The notes under the pieces are model-generated. The model worked only from the letters and a program-made list of their open reading frames with translations, did no database searches and was not told the origin of the DNA. A DNA stretch of 62,029 nucleotides, the filler included, from Chiloscyllium plagiosum (taxonomy: Eukaryota): the NCBI RefSeq assembly GCF_004010195.1. It is 5 parts of one record of this genome, joined end to end, with 100 filler letters (N's around TTAATTAATTAA, not from the genome) between each part and the next. Parts side by side here need not be neighbours in the genome. Positions count along the whole stretch, not along the records: positions 44,596 to 55,273 come from NC_057717.1; positions 55,374 to 58,956 come from NC_057717.1; positions 59,057 to 62,029 come from NC_057717.1; 2 more parts are not named here. One strand, given 5' to 3'. The position numbers and the translations under genes are program-made. Of the stretch, positions 49,871 through 62,029 are shown one piece after another; positions within the stretch are counted from its first letter, which is position 1, and each line of letters opens with the position of its first letter.

Positions 49871-51206
49871 CACTCCCCATCTGTCAGGCCTACTTGACCA
49901 GTACATTCGGCCATTTATCCACAGTAGTTCTTCAAATTCACCAAGGAAATCTATCATGTCAACCAGAAATAAAAATATCCCATCAGAACAGTTGATGAAC
50001 CTTAAGCGAGTCCCGGAATGACGTATGAGTGGCATGTACAACTGTAAATTCCTGTCTTTGGAAAAACATTCCATTGAATTGTCCAGTACCATCTGACCCG
50101 TGACCAACCATATTCATGTCCCAGAGGCCAGCTTATGCCCTATGAGGTCGCGTTGCAGCTGGAAGCCCCGGGGACAGTTCCCTGAGGTTCAGGCAGGCCT
50201 GCAACGGGAAGCATTGATTGTTCAGCTGACATGGGGACATATCTCTACGTTAAACAGACTGGAGGTAAACTTGTCTTCCGTCTACTTAAAATAGAAAACC
50301 CATCACCCGAAATCCCTCAGGTAGGTTTGGGAGCATTTATTCTAGATGTCGGCTAATGATTTCTGTGGACACTTGCATAAAGTTTAACATGGTGAGAAAC
50401 AATGCTGACAAGATGATACCCATTGGAAGTTTAGCCCAGAGCCTGAAATGCTCGACCAATACTTAACGCAGTATTTTAAAACTAGCCTGATAACAGTAGA
50501 GAAAGACTCCACAAGACGAGGTTTGTCCGTTTTTCTAATAAAGACAGAAGTGCGATGACAATTGAAACCACGAAAATGACAGACAGATTGCAGAATTGCT
50601 TTGAACATAATAACAGAAAAGGTAGTTTCCTGGTGACATGGGTGAGTTTGCTGGGACTGGGATCAAGCTGTCGCCATCTCTCCGTAATGAAAGTCTCAGC
50701 CTGTATTTTGGTACAGTAAAGCTGATAGAGGAGAATTGCTCATTCAGTAACTGCAGTCTGAAGCTGAAAGTTGCTGACACCCAGGTTTCAGAATCTTACA
50801 GAATATTTTTACACCTGAGACTCTATGGTGCATTTCGTCAGCACATTAGGCTGGACACCAAAACATTAATGACTTACTATGATTTCTTATCTAAGAATTA
50901 GGATTAGACCACTCAAGGTGCATGTTCAGAATGACTTCGACACAGTGAGTTTGTCAGATGTTTGGAGCTCTTTTAGACATTCAGCAGTGTAAAGCGAATG
51001 ATTTGTAATATTTCAATCTGAGATAGACAGTTTTTATTGCAGAGGAGACAGTCACTCTCCATAGATTAACAATTTCAAATCGGTCAGTGATCAAGGACAG
51101 AAAGATGTTACTGTGAGTGAGGCAGATAGAGGGAACTAGAGGGTAGTACTGAAGGTGTCTCAGCCCTTCAGCTGAACAGGTTTGAGGTACTTGCTCCCTG
51201 TGTGAT

Positions 51207-52028
51207 TAACATAGCAAAAAGCTCATCCGCCTACACTATCCCAGCATCGTCGATATGCTTATCCAAGGATTGCCTAAATGCCCCTAATGTGGCTGAGTTG
51301 ACTACATTAGGAGGCAAGTCATTCCACGCACGTACCACTCTCTGAGTAATGAACTTGCGGCTGACAACTGCCTGAAGTCTATCACCGATCAATTTGCAAC
51401 TGTGCCCTCTCGTACTAGCTGACGTCATCATCCTCGTAAAACAGTCTAAAACTTTATTTACTACTTCATCCTCAGGTCATCTTGTATGCCTCAAACAAAT
51501 TCCCTCTGAGCCTTCTTCTCTCCAGTGAGAACAGGAACAAGTCTCTCAGCCTTTCCCCATAAGACCTTCCGTCCAGATCAGGCAAAATCCTGTGAAATCT
51601 CCTTTTCACATTTGCCAATGCTTCCACATCCTTCCTATAGTGGGGGTTCAGAAGTATCCACAATATTCCAAACGCATTAGCATGTGGTAGAGTTGCAGAA
51701 TGACATTATGGCTCCGTACCTCAATCCTTCTACCAATAAAACCTGACATATTGTATGCCTTCTTATCTGCCCTATCGACCTGTATGCCAAGTTTCAGGGA
51801 TCTATGCACATGGACTCCAAGATTACTCTGTACACCAACACGACCAAGAATATTTTCATTGACCCAATATTCCCTTCCTGTTATTCTTCCTGAAGTGGAT
51901 CACTCAGATTTATCTGCATTGAACTCCTTTTGCCACCCTTCAGTCCAAACCTGCAGTTTATCCAAGTCCCCCTGCAACCTACATCATTCTTCCACACTGT
52001 CCATGACTCCACCAACGTTCGTGTCATC
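51207..52028 (-). mobile_element. 5'-truncated CR1 LINE
   Basis: TRGHSCKL..FITQRVVRAWNDLP; LFSLERRRLRG; tail at ~51207. Confidence 0.88.
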
Positions 52029-55000
52029 GAACATAGAACACAATGCAGCGCAGAACACTCGGTTCGGCCCTCAATGTTGCCCCGACCTGTGAACTAATCT
52101 ATCCTCATCCCCTTACCCAGTCTCATCATCATCCATGTGCTTACCCAAGGATTGTTTAAATTTCCGTAATGTGGCTGAATTAACGACATTACAGGCAGGG
52201 CATTCCAAGTCCTTCACTCTCTGAGTTAAGAGCCTGTGTCTGACATCTGTCTTAAATTTATCAACTCTCAATGTGTAGTTATTCGCCCTCATACAGTCTG
52301 ACGTCATCATCCTTGGAAAACTGTTTTCACTGTCTACCCTATATCATCCTCTGATCATCATATATGTTTCTATCAAATCCATTTTAGCCTTCGTCTTTCC
52401 CATGAGAACAGAACGCAATCTCTCAGCCTTTCCTCATGAGACCTTCCCTTCAAACCACGCAACACCCTGGTAAACCTCCTCTGCAAATTTTACAGTGCTT
52501 CCAAATCCTTCTGGTAATGGGGCGAACAGAATTGCACACAATGCTCCAAGTGCAGCTGCACTAGCGTTTTGTATAGTTGTAGCACGACATTATGGCTCTG
52601 GAAATCAATCCCTCTAGTAATAAAACCGAACACAATATATGCCACCTTAACAGTACTATCAACCTGGGTGGCAACTTCCAGGAATCTGTGTACATGGACT
52701 GCAGGAATACTATGTCCATTCACACTCCCAAGAATATTACAATTGATCCAGTTTTCAGCCTTCTTCTTAGTTTTCCCAAAGTGAATCACCTCAAATTTCG
52801 CTGCATTGAACTCGAATTGCACCTCTCAGACTAATTCTACAGTTTATCCAAGTACTCCTGCAACTTGCAACCATCTTCCACATTGTCCACGACTCCACTG
52901 ACTTTACCGTCATCTGCAATCTGACTAACCCATCCACCTATGCCTATGTACAAGTCATTATAAAAATGACAAACAGCAGTGGTCCCAAAAGCGATCCTGT
53001 ATATACTCCAACAGCCTACAATGTGGAACGTTATCAAAAGCTTTACTGAAGTCCATGTACACTTCTTCAACTGCTCTACCCTCATCCACATGCTTCATCA
53101 CATTCGCCAAATTCTCAATGAGTTTTGTAAGAAATGACTTGCCCTTGACAATACCATGTTGACTATCTGCAATCAAGTTATTGCTTACAAGATGATTATA
53201 AATACCATCTTTAAAATTCTTTCCAAACTTTTTTCCTACAACAGTTGTATGGCTCACTGGTCTATAATTACCTGGGTCATCTCTACTGCCTTTTTGAATA
53301 AGAGCACAATGTTGGCAATTCTCCACTAATCTCGTACTAAAAATATAAACAATGTCTGCACAAAGTGCAACGCTAAAGGCTACAACATCTCCCCCAGCTT
53401 CTCCCAGAATCCTCGGATCAATTCCATCTGGGCCAGGGGACTTGTCTTCTTCCAGTACTTCTTGAATTGCTAACACCTCCTCCTTACTCAACTCGATTCT
53501 TTCTAGTCTAATATCCCACATCAAACTTTTCTCCACTACAATATTCTCCTTTTTCCGAGTGAAAACAGTTGGGGAATATTCATTTAGCACGTCTCCAATC
53601 TCCAATGTGTTCACACAAACCTTCTCAATTCTGCCTCTGACTGGCCCTACCCTACCCTAGTCATCCTTTTATAACTCAAATACCGATAGAAAGCTTTCGG
53701 GATCTACGCTATTGTACCTGACAAAGACTGCTTACCTGATCTCATTGTTCCTCTTATGTCTGTCTTTAAATACTTATAAGCCAATCTGTAACTCTCCATC
53801 GCCTCATCTGAACCATCTCGTCTCAACGTCACATAAGCCTCCTTCGTCCACTGAACAAGACATGTAATTTATTTAGTAAGCAACGTAACCATACATTATC
53901 ACTTTCTCCCTGCCTTATCGAGGCATAACTATCAATGATACACAACATATGTTTCTTGAATCAGCAGCACATTCAGATTGTCCCATCACCTTAATTTTGC
54001 TACCCCATTCTATGCATCCGAAGTCCTACCTAATAGCATTATAGTTGTCCTTCTCTCATCTATTACTCTTGCCCTGTGGTATGTACCTATTGCTTTCTAT
54101 TGCTAAACTAACTGCAATTGAATTATGGTCACTTTTTCCAAAGTGCTCGCCTAACATTAATTCAAACAACTGGTCTTGTACATTACTAAGCACCAGATCC
54201 AGTGTAGCGGCCCCGCTTGTCGGTTCTTCGACATACTGTGTCAGGAAACCCTTCTCCACGAAAACCGATCCATCTGATGTACCAGAGGTATAGCGTTTCC
54301 ATTCAATCTGAGGACGTCAGAGTCCCCAGAATGACCAAACTGTTCCTTTCACTCCTACCCAGAATCGTTTGGCCGAACCATTCCTCCGCATCCCTGGAAG
54401 TCTGTGGAGGTCTAAAGAAAATTTCCAGCGGTGTGGCCTTGTCTGTCCTGTTCCTTACCTTATCCCACACCACCTCAGTAGACTTATCCTTGTCAAGATT
54501 ACTTTGAGCTACCGTTATGCTGTCCTTGAATAACAAACCCACACCTCCCCATGTTTAAACATCTCCCCTGTTCTCAATGAATTTTCCAATTCCTGGAAAC
54601 TGTAACTCCCATTCCTGACCCTGTCTATCCATGTCCCCGAAATGGCCACAATATCGAATTCCCAGTTATCTATCCATGCTGCAAGTTTACACACCTGATT
54701 TCAGATTGTTCTGGCTTTGAACTAGGCACACTTTTAACCAGCTTGCTGTTCGTCAGCTCATTATTGTCACCATAAAATCCTCTCCATGCCCTGCCTACTC
54801 ACATCCTCGTGTGCACTCGAGCGACACCTCAGGAGCCCATTCCCCTGCTGAGCTAGTTAATTCGAAAACCACCAGCAACTTTTCCACCCAAGACATTCAT
54901 ACCACTCCGGTTCAAGTGATGTCCGTCCTGCTTGTGGAGTTCCCACCTACCACAGAATGAATCCCAATTATCCGTGTTCCTGAAACATTCCCTCCTGCAC

Positions 55001-55273
55001 CATCCCTTTCGCAACGTTTTCAATTTATATTCCTTGCCTCGCGATCACGTGGCATGGGTAACAATCCAAAGATAACAACACTGTTTGTTCTTGCTCTGAG
55101 CTTCCACCCGAGCTCCCTGAAATTCTGCTTTTCATTCATATCCCTCTTTCAACTTATGTCTTTCGTACTTACATGGAACCGATTTGGAGCTGGTCACTCT
55201 CACCCTTGAGGACCGCAAAGACACGATCTGAGACAACACGGACCATTGCACCAGACGCAACACACAAAGCATA
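52029..55273 (-). mobile_element. Long decayed CR1 LINE (ORF1 3' part, APE, RT, 3' tail), directly abutting the previous copy
   Basis: GFLTQYVEEPT..LDLVL..HFGKSDHN; KSPGPDGI; YMDFSKAFD; QLYKTLV..LEHCVQF; tail gaacatagaaca at 52029. Confidence 0.92.
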
Positions 55274-55373
55274 NNNNNNNNNNNNNNNNNNNNNNNNNNN
55301 NNNNNNNNNNNNNNNNNTTAATTAATTAANNNNNNNNNNNNNNNNNNNNNNNNNNNNNNNNNNNNNNNNNNNN
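55274..55373. other. Artificial scaffold-joining spacer
   Basis: N44-TTAATTAATTAA (55318-55329)-N44. Confidence 0.95.
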
Positions 55374-55522
55374 TAATTCCAAGTGTCCAATAATTGATTG
55401 CTCTTCCATTTTCCTCAGAAAGACAATCCCCTTCTGTTGTTCTGTTAGCTGAAAATCATACGATAGAGGAATAGCCACCGGAGAATTTTGAACTACTTTC
55501 TTATCTTTCCCGACAGCCACAC
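55374..55522 (-). mobile_element. CR1 ORF1 fragment
   Basis: GKDKKVVQNSPVAIPLS resembles the CR1 ORF1 VQESPVAIPLSN motif. Confidence 0.55.
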
Positions 55523-56301
55523 ATCTATATGAATGATTTGCTGGATAACATTTTTTTAAAATCCTCCAGCCAACCTTTCTGTCCCTTATATGTGACCTTA
55601 ATAATATTATGCCGAAAGCAGGACGTTTTTATGACACCTTATGTTAACTTTCATTATCTACAGACAATAATATTAAAATTGAAAAATCTCCACATATGCG
55701 TATCAAACATAGAAAAATTAATCAAAATCAAACATTTAGCTAATTAAATGAATTAAAATATTCCTGTTTAATAAACTCTGAGAAGAAAATACTCTTCTCC
55801 GGAGCTGAAAATATGTAGGATTTTTCGGAAGGTAGGTATAACTCCTTATTTTAAAAAAAGAAACTGGTTACTTTTACAAAACAAAAAAAAAGTTCATAGT
55901 GTAATAAAATAAAACATTTAAAACATAAATAGACCTTTTCCTTATTTAGAAAATCACCCTGAAAAAGGTATTTTTAAAAATATTCGCTTGAATGAAAATT
56001 GAGTTTCTTTTGATTTTTTGACTGGTTTTGAACGTAAATAAAACAAAATAGACGAAATAATGTTAAATTATTAAACTATAATATCAACTGCAAAAAAGAC
56101 AACACTAAATATTTAACTGCCTGCAATCCCAGGAGCAGCTATAAGATCCATGCTGCTCCAAGAACATTTTTTGAATCTGTTTTTACAATATGACGAAAAC
56201 TGGGCGTATGTTTTAATAAAGTGTTTCCAATCAAGATGGACTTGCTGATATGATTTGAACTCCTGCTGTGAGTCGATATGTAGAATTTGTTTGAATATCA
56301 T

Positions 56302-56742
56302 CATAGAAACATAGAAACATAGAAAAAATACAGCGCAGTCCAGGCCCTTTGGCCCTCGATGTTGCGCCGATCCAAGCCCACCTAACCTTCACTAGCCCAC
56401 TATCCTCCATATGCCTATCCAATGCCCGTTTAAATACCCATAAAGAGGCAAAGTCCACCACTGCTACTGGCAGGGCATTCCATGAACTCACGACTCGCTG
56501 AGTAAAGAATCTACCCCTAACATCTGTCCGACACCTACAACCCCTTAATTTAAAGCTATGCCCCCCCGTAATAGCTGACTCCATACGTGGAAAAAGGTTC
56601 TCATGGTCAACCCTATCTAAACCCCTAATCATCTTGTACACCTCTATCAAGTCACCCCTAATCCTTCATTTTTCTAATGAAAACAACCCCAAGTGCCTCA
56701 GCCTTTCCTCATACGATCTTCCTACCATGCCAGGCAACATCC
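56302..56742 (-). mobile_element. Young CR1 3' end
   Basis: Reverse complement of ~590-1035; catagaaacatagaaacatagaa tail. Confidence 0.93.
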
Positions 56743-56816
56743 TGTACAGCACGAAAACAGACCCTTTGGTCCAACTCGTCTCAAACTTACTCAGTTTCTT
56801 GGAGTTCACTGCACTC

Positions 56817-58222
56817 TAGAACATAGAAATATACAGCGCAGTACAGGCCCTTTGGCCCTCGATGTTGCGCTGATCCAAGCCCACCTAACCTACACTAGCC
56901 CACTTTCCTCCATATGCCTATCCAATGCCCGCTTAAATGCCCATAATGAGGGAGAGTCCACCACTGCTACTGGCAGGGCATTCCATGAACTCACGACTCG
57001 CTGAGTAAAGAACCTACCCCGAACATCTGTCCTATACCTACCCCCCTTAATTTAAAGCTATGCCCCCTTGTAATAGCTGACTCCATACGTTTGAACCTTT
57101 GCCATCAACTTCTACCCTCTGTCTTCTTCCAGCCAGCCAACTCCTAATCCAGACCTCCAACTCACCCTCAATGCCATACCTCCGTATTTTTTGCAGTAGC
57201 CTACCATGGGGAAACTTATCAAACGCCTTACTAAAGTCCATATACACCACATCTACTGCTTTCCCCTTGTCCACCTCCTTAGTCACCTTCTCAAAGAATT
57301 CAATTAGGTTTGTGAGGCACGACCTGCCCTTCACAAAACCATGCTGACTATCCTTGATCACATTATTCCTATCCAGGTGTTCATAAATCCTATCCCTTAC
57401 AATTCTCTCTAAGACTTTGCCCACAACAGAATTCAGACTGACCGGCTTATAGTTACTAGGGTTATCCCTACTCCCCTTCTTGAACAAGGGATCCACATTT
57501 GTTATCGTCCAGTCTTCTGGCACTATTCCTGTTGACAACGAGGACATAAAATTCAAGGCCAATGGCTCTGCAATCTCCTCCCTTACTTCCCAGAGAACCT
57601 AGGATAAATGCCATCAGGCCCAGGGGACTTATCTATTTTCACCCTTTCCAGAATTTCCAACACCTCTTCCCTACATACCTCAAAGCCGTCCATGCTAATT
57701 AATTGTGACTCAGTATTCACATCGGCAACAATGTCCTTTTCCTGAGTGAATACTGATGAAAAGTATTCATTCAGGGTCTCTCAAATCTCTTCAGCCTCCA
57801 CACTCAACTTCCCACTACTATCCTTGACTGGACCAATTCGTACCCTAGTCATTCTTTTATTCCTGATATACCTTTCGAAAGCCTTTGGGTTTTCCCTAAT
57901 CTTACGAACTAAGGACTTTTCATGTCCCCTCCTTGCTGCTCTTAGCTCTCTCTTCAGATCCTTCCTGGCTACCTTATAACTCTCAATCGCCCCATTTGAT
58001 CCTTCACGCCTCATCTTTACATAATCCCTCTTCCCCTTAACAAGGGATTCCAATTCCTTATTAAACCACGGCTCCCTCACACGACCCTTTCCACCCTGCC
58101 TGACAGATACACACGTATCAAGGACACTCAATAGTTGCTCCTTAAATCAAGCTCCACATATCAATTGCGCCCTTCCCTTGAAGCCTAATTTTCCAAGCCA
58201 CGCATCCTAAGTCGTGCTTCAC
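56817..58222 (-). mobile_element. Young CR1 LINE with a ~720-bp internal RT deletion
   Basis: RENPKAFERYIRNKR, DSQHGFVKGRSCLTNLIEFF, YMDFSKAFDK; junction GGCAAAGGTTCAAACGTATGGAG skips the segment equivalent to window ~27-746. Confidence 0.93.
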
Positions 58223-58956
58223 TCCAGCTCTTTCAAACTAAATTATGAATTTGTGTCTGTCGTAGACGGAAAGTTTATTCAGCTCTGCCTATTGCAGGAA
58301 AAGACGCAATGAAAATTATCCAGGACCACGTAGAACACAAATGGTGCAGTGAAAGCCACCAAAACCTAATTCAATACTAATTACGTACAAGTTAATTAAT
58401 AAAACATACAGAGGCGCATAGTATAAAAGGAGAATTCAGCTCCATGTCCAAAATAAAATTTGTGGCTCCCTCGTAAAATAAAACCCAACTGCATCATGCT
58501 GCAAATTCAACAAAATAGGAAAAACAAGTTAATTGAATTCTCAATACTTTCCCTATGAACAACATCTGAAGAACTGGGTTAAATCAAGGCTTAGTTGTGA
58601 ACTTCATAAACGATGATGAGGATGGGAGGGATGGAGTTTTTTTTGGGGAGAATGATAAATAATGTTGTGGATGACACAAAGATGAGCTGGTGGTTCACAG
58701 TGAGGAGGACGTGTGAGGGTGCAGGAGGGTATAAACCGGTTGTTCAGGTGGGCAGATCAATCACTGATGAAATTTAACACTGATAAATGTGATACCTTTC
58801 TGAAGTAACCAACAAGATTGTACTCAAACGGATGAAATGCCAGATTTCCTTGATTTCACTTTTAAGCAAAGAAGGTTGAGAGGTGCTCCTGATGGAGGTG
58901 TTTACCAGCATGAGGGGTCGAGACAGAGTGAACAGATAGCAGCTCTTCCCCTTACT

Positions 58957-59056
58957 NNNNNNNNNNNNNNNNNNNNNNNNNNNNNNNNNNNNNNNNNNNN
59001 TTAATTAATTAANNNNNNNNNNNNNNNNNNNNNNNNNNNNNNNNNNNNNNNNNNNN
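58957..59056. other. Artificial scaffold-joining spacer
   Basis: N44-TTAATTAATTAA (59001-59012)-N44. Confidence 0.95.
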
Positions 59057-59469
59057 TTGTTTCCCAAGTTCTTTATGGTCAGATAGAGCGGATTGCACTG
59101 ATTCTGCCCACAATCCTGTCCAGGGGTGATGGGATCACGGACAACTGACACCATAGCCTGGACCCCGGGGGCTGGAGGCCTATGTATGCCTTCCCTCCCA
59201 TGCAATTGTAATACTAACGCCTGACCCTGGAATCTCCTTTCTCTCTCTAGGTTCCGTTTAGTTTGATTCAGTTCACTTTTAGTCCTGCAGGTCACCAACC
59301 CACATAGGTCTAAGCTAAATGTCTGTGTTGGCTTGTTGGCAAGCACGGAGATGGAGAACCACTGACGGTCCTCTACTTGTTTTTTTCGGAGGCCAAATTG
59401 GGTAACACGCACACTATGACCCAGCCCAAGGATAATGGCAAAGCAAGTTAACAATATGATTGACCGCAT
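59057..59469 (-). CDS. env: Retroviral envelope-like glycoprotein, N-terminal SU part (endogenous retrovirus); open to the scaffold end
   Basis: Signal-peptide-like MRSIILLTCFAIILGLGHS; FSLDLCGLVTC and CGQNQCNPLYLTIKN match the DLCxxxxC and CxxxxCNPLxxT motifs of gamma-type Env SU; ATG with A at -3; 137 codons with no stop. Confidence 0.72.
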
Positions 59470-59849
59470 TTTGTCGCGACACCTTTAGCCAGAGGGCACA
59501 GTTCCTATAGACTCGCCAAAGTCCGATTAGTTTGTTCTCAGGGTCTCTGTTCCTTAGCTGCCTTTGTCAAAACCTCCAAGGTAATTCAGACAACAGGAGT
59601 GACTGGGCAACTACGTAGCAGATGGAGAGCAATGGGGCGAGATGTGACGTTGTGCACTTTCTTGGGAATAATAGAACGTCAGGCTATCAATTGAAAATGG
59701 ATTGATTGATAAATGTTGATCTATATTGGAACTTCAGCTGCATTTTTGTTTCCTTCTGCGCAGACCTGTGAAGGCCATACAGGGTAGTGCGTTCTAAAAC
59801 CAGAAGTCAATACTGGGAATCGCACTGACACACTGACCAGTGTGCATAG

Positions 59850-60505
59850 ACCCACCAAGTCGGTAGCTGTAACATTGAAAAGGAGTTGGATCTCCTTGTA
59901 CACCGGTCACTGAAAGCAATATTGCAGGAACAGAAAGCAGTCAGGAAGATAAATGGTGTGTTGACCTTCATTTCAGGCGGACTTGTGTCCACGAGTAAGG
60001 ATATCTTACTGCAGTATACAAGCCCTTGGTGAGACTCCATTTTGAGCATTGTGCAGTATTGTGTGCAGTTATGCTCACCTTACCTAATAAAGTACAAACC
60101 TGACATTGAGGGAGAGCAGTGAAGGATGACCAGACTGATCACTGGGATGACAGGCGTGTTGTGGGAACAGAGTTTGGGGCGACTGGACCTGTATTCCATG
60201 CGGTTTAGGAAATTGAGTGGTGATCTCAGTGCAATATCTAAAATTCTGACAGGGTGAGACATGTTGGAAGCCGGGATGATAATTCCCCTGACTGGGACGT
60301 CAAAAAACAAGGGTCCACAACATTAGGTACAGACAGGCCACTCTGCATTGAGATGAGAATAAATATCTTCACTCAGATACTGGTGAACCTGGTGGATTCT
60401 CTAGCACATAAGGCTGTGGAAGCCAAGGCACTGAATATAAATGAGGATTTCTGGAAATTAAAGGGACAGACAGAGAGCAGGAGTATGGTGTGAAGATAGG
60501 GGATC
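59850..60505 (+). mobile_element. Decayed CR1 3' fragment
   Basis: KDILLQYTSP.VRLHFEHC; IEGEQ.RMTRLI.G; IFTQILVNL.DSL. Confidence 0.7.
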
Positions 60506-61783
60506 AGATATCATTACAGGCTTTTCTCCAATGACACAACAGTTGTATTCATGTGGAACACCGTGTTGTAGAAAATCATGCAATATTAATAATGTGGCCT
60601 ATGGGAAAAAGTGGGGAAGGGGCAAACCACACACACCCCCAAAAAAAGTAAAAACCAAAACGTTAAGTTAATCTCACACACACGAGCAGAGTATAAGAAA
60701 ATCTTTAAATCATATATTGGAATGAAACAATTCTGTAAATGTAACACTTTCACACTAAAGTCACTGACTATAGCACTGTACCTTTCACCAATCTCTTCAT
60801 CAGAAAGCGCGTGAGCCGACTGACCACATGATGCTGACATGGAATTCCGGGTGGAAATAAAGGTCCTTCTAAATGTAGACTACAATTCCTGGTTTCAGTC
60901 TCAGTTTCAAGGCTTGTAGAGCAGATTGCATTCCTGCTTTAGTGAACAGACTGAGTGTGCACTTTGCAGATAAAGGATCCTGAGGCTGTTTTGCTGTACA
61001 GCTGGTGCTGGGGATGGAATTGCATTAAAGTGAATGGGAGCTCGCTTTATAAAGAGGATGCTCAATTCACGAACTGTGTTGCAGACAAGTTGTGTTTAAT
61101 AAACATGCGCTATCTGAACTGCCTGTATATTGAATGGAGGATCAAAATTGATGGACCAAAGCAACGACACAGTTCCCGTATTATATATCCCGATGCTTAA
61201 ACATGTTAAGTGATATGAAAACTGTGCAGGGCAAAGCGCACTGAGAGATTTTCTCCACTATCTAGAATGGGAGATGCTCAATGTGTTGAATGACCTCCTC
61301 CTTTCCCGATGTTGCTGTGCAGTCTGTGGGATAGCTCTGCAAATGTTGTCACAAGCTCTCAGACGTTTGGAAGGAAGTCTCTGCAGGGACGTCAGGACTG
61401 TGTTTCCCATTCTCATATCCAATAACAAGGCTGGGACCGGGTGTTCTCTTCCGGTTTATCCTTTAAAAACGATGAGCAGTTTGATACAATTGAGTGTCTT
61501 GCTTGAAAGTTTCAGAGACCATTGCAGAGTTTATCACATGTCTGTGTATCTGGAGTCACTTTTAGGCAGACCAGGAAAGTACAGGAGACTCACTTCCTTC
61601 AAGTACACTGGGGAAGGAAAATGGTATTTACAATTGTCACTGGCTTCAAGGTCACTATTCCTGACACCAGATTTTGGATCTCGATATTTTATTAATTGTT
61701 TTTAACTTCCACCAGCTGCCAGAGAGTTAGCCTGGTCTGTATTAGTAATCCATCGACATTTCAATAACAGCACAAACACCACA

Positions 61784-61999
61784 TGGGGACTATCAGAAAC
61801 CACGCTGATCTGGTTATTCCTGTGCTGCTTGACAACTCTGTCAAACTATACAGCCACTAATGTGACTATCGTGATCGGACTGAGGGGGTGGTGGGGACTA
61901 TCAGAAACCACGCTGATCTGGTTATTCCTGTGCTGCTTGACAACTCTGTCAAACTATACAGCCACTAATGTGACTATCGTGATCGGACTGAGGGGGTGG
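61784..61999. repeat. Perfect 108-bp tandem duplication
   Basis: 61784-61891 is identical to 61892-61999. Confidence 0.95.
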
Positions 62000-62029
62000 T
62001 AATTGGACAGATTGTAGTTATTCCCTCTT

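Overview
Eukaryotic, repeat-dominated DNA, almost certainly from a shark or other elasmobranch. The evidence is HE1-type tRNA-derived SINEs, abundant CR1 LINEs, Penelope-like elements (PLEs) and a GPR139-like GPCR of the type expanded in cartilaginous fish. The window is not contiguous: four artificial 100-bp spacers (N44-TTAATTAATTAA-N44) join five separate scaffolds (1-28413, 28514-44495, 44596-55273, 55374-58956, 59057-62029). Most listed ORFs are decayed retroelement pieces or low-complexity artefacts. Main content: (1) a partial-tandem Penelope element split by nested CR1/SINE insertions, plus three hammerhead-ribozyme relics; (2) a ~10.8-kb C/A-rich degenerate repeat field; (3) a ~8.7-kb 65-bp satellite with palindromic monomers and higher-order blocks; (4) a 40-bp minisatellite in which almost every unit matches a steroid-response-element palindrome, ~0.9 kb upstream of a frameshifted GPR139-like exon; (5) an unexplained AT-rich, codon-like relic; (6) an uninterrupted retroviral env-like ORF N-terminus with no recognisable pol upstream. 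No prokaryotic genes or CRISPR arrays were seen. All family calls come from motif recognition by eye, and boundaries of decayed elements are approximate.
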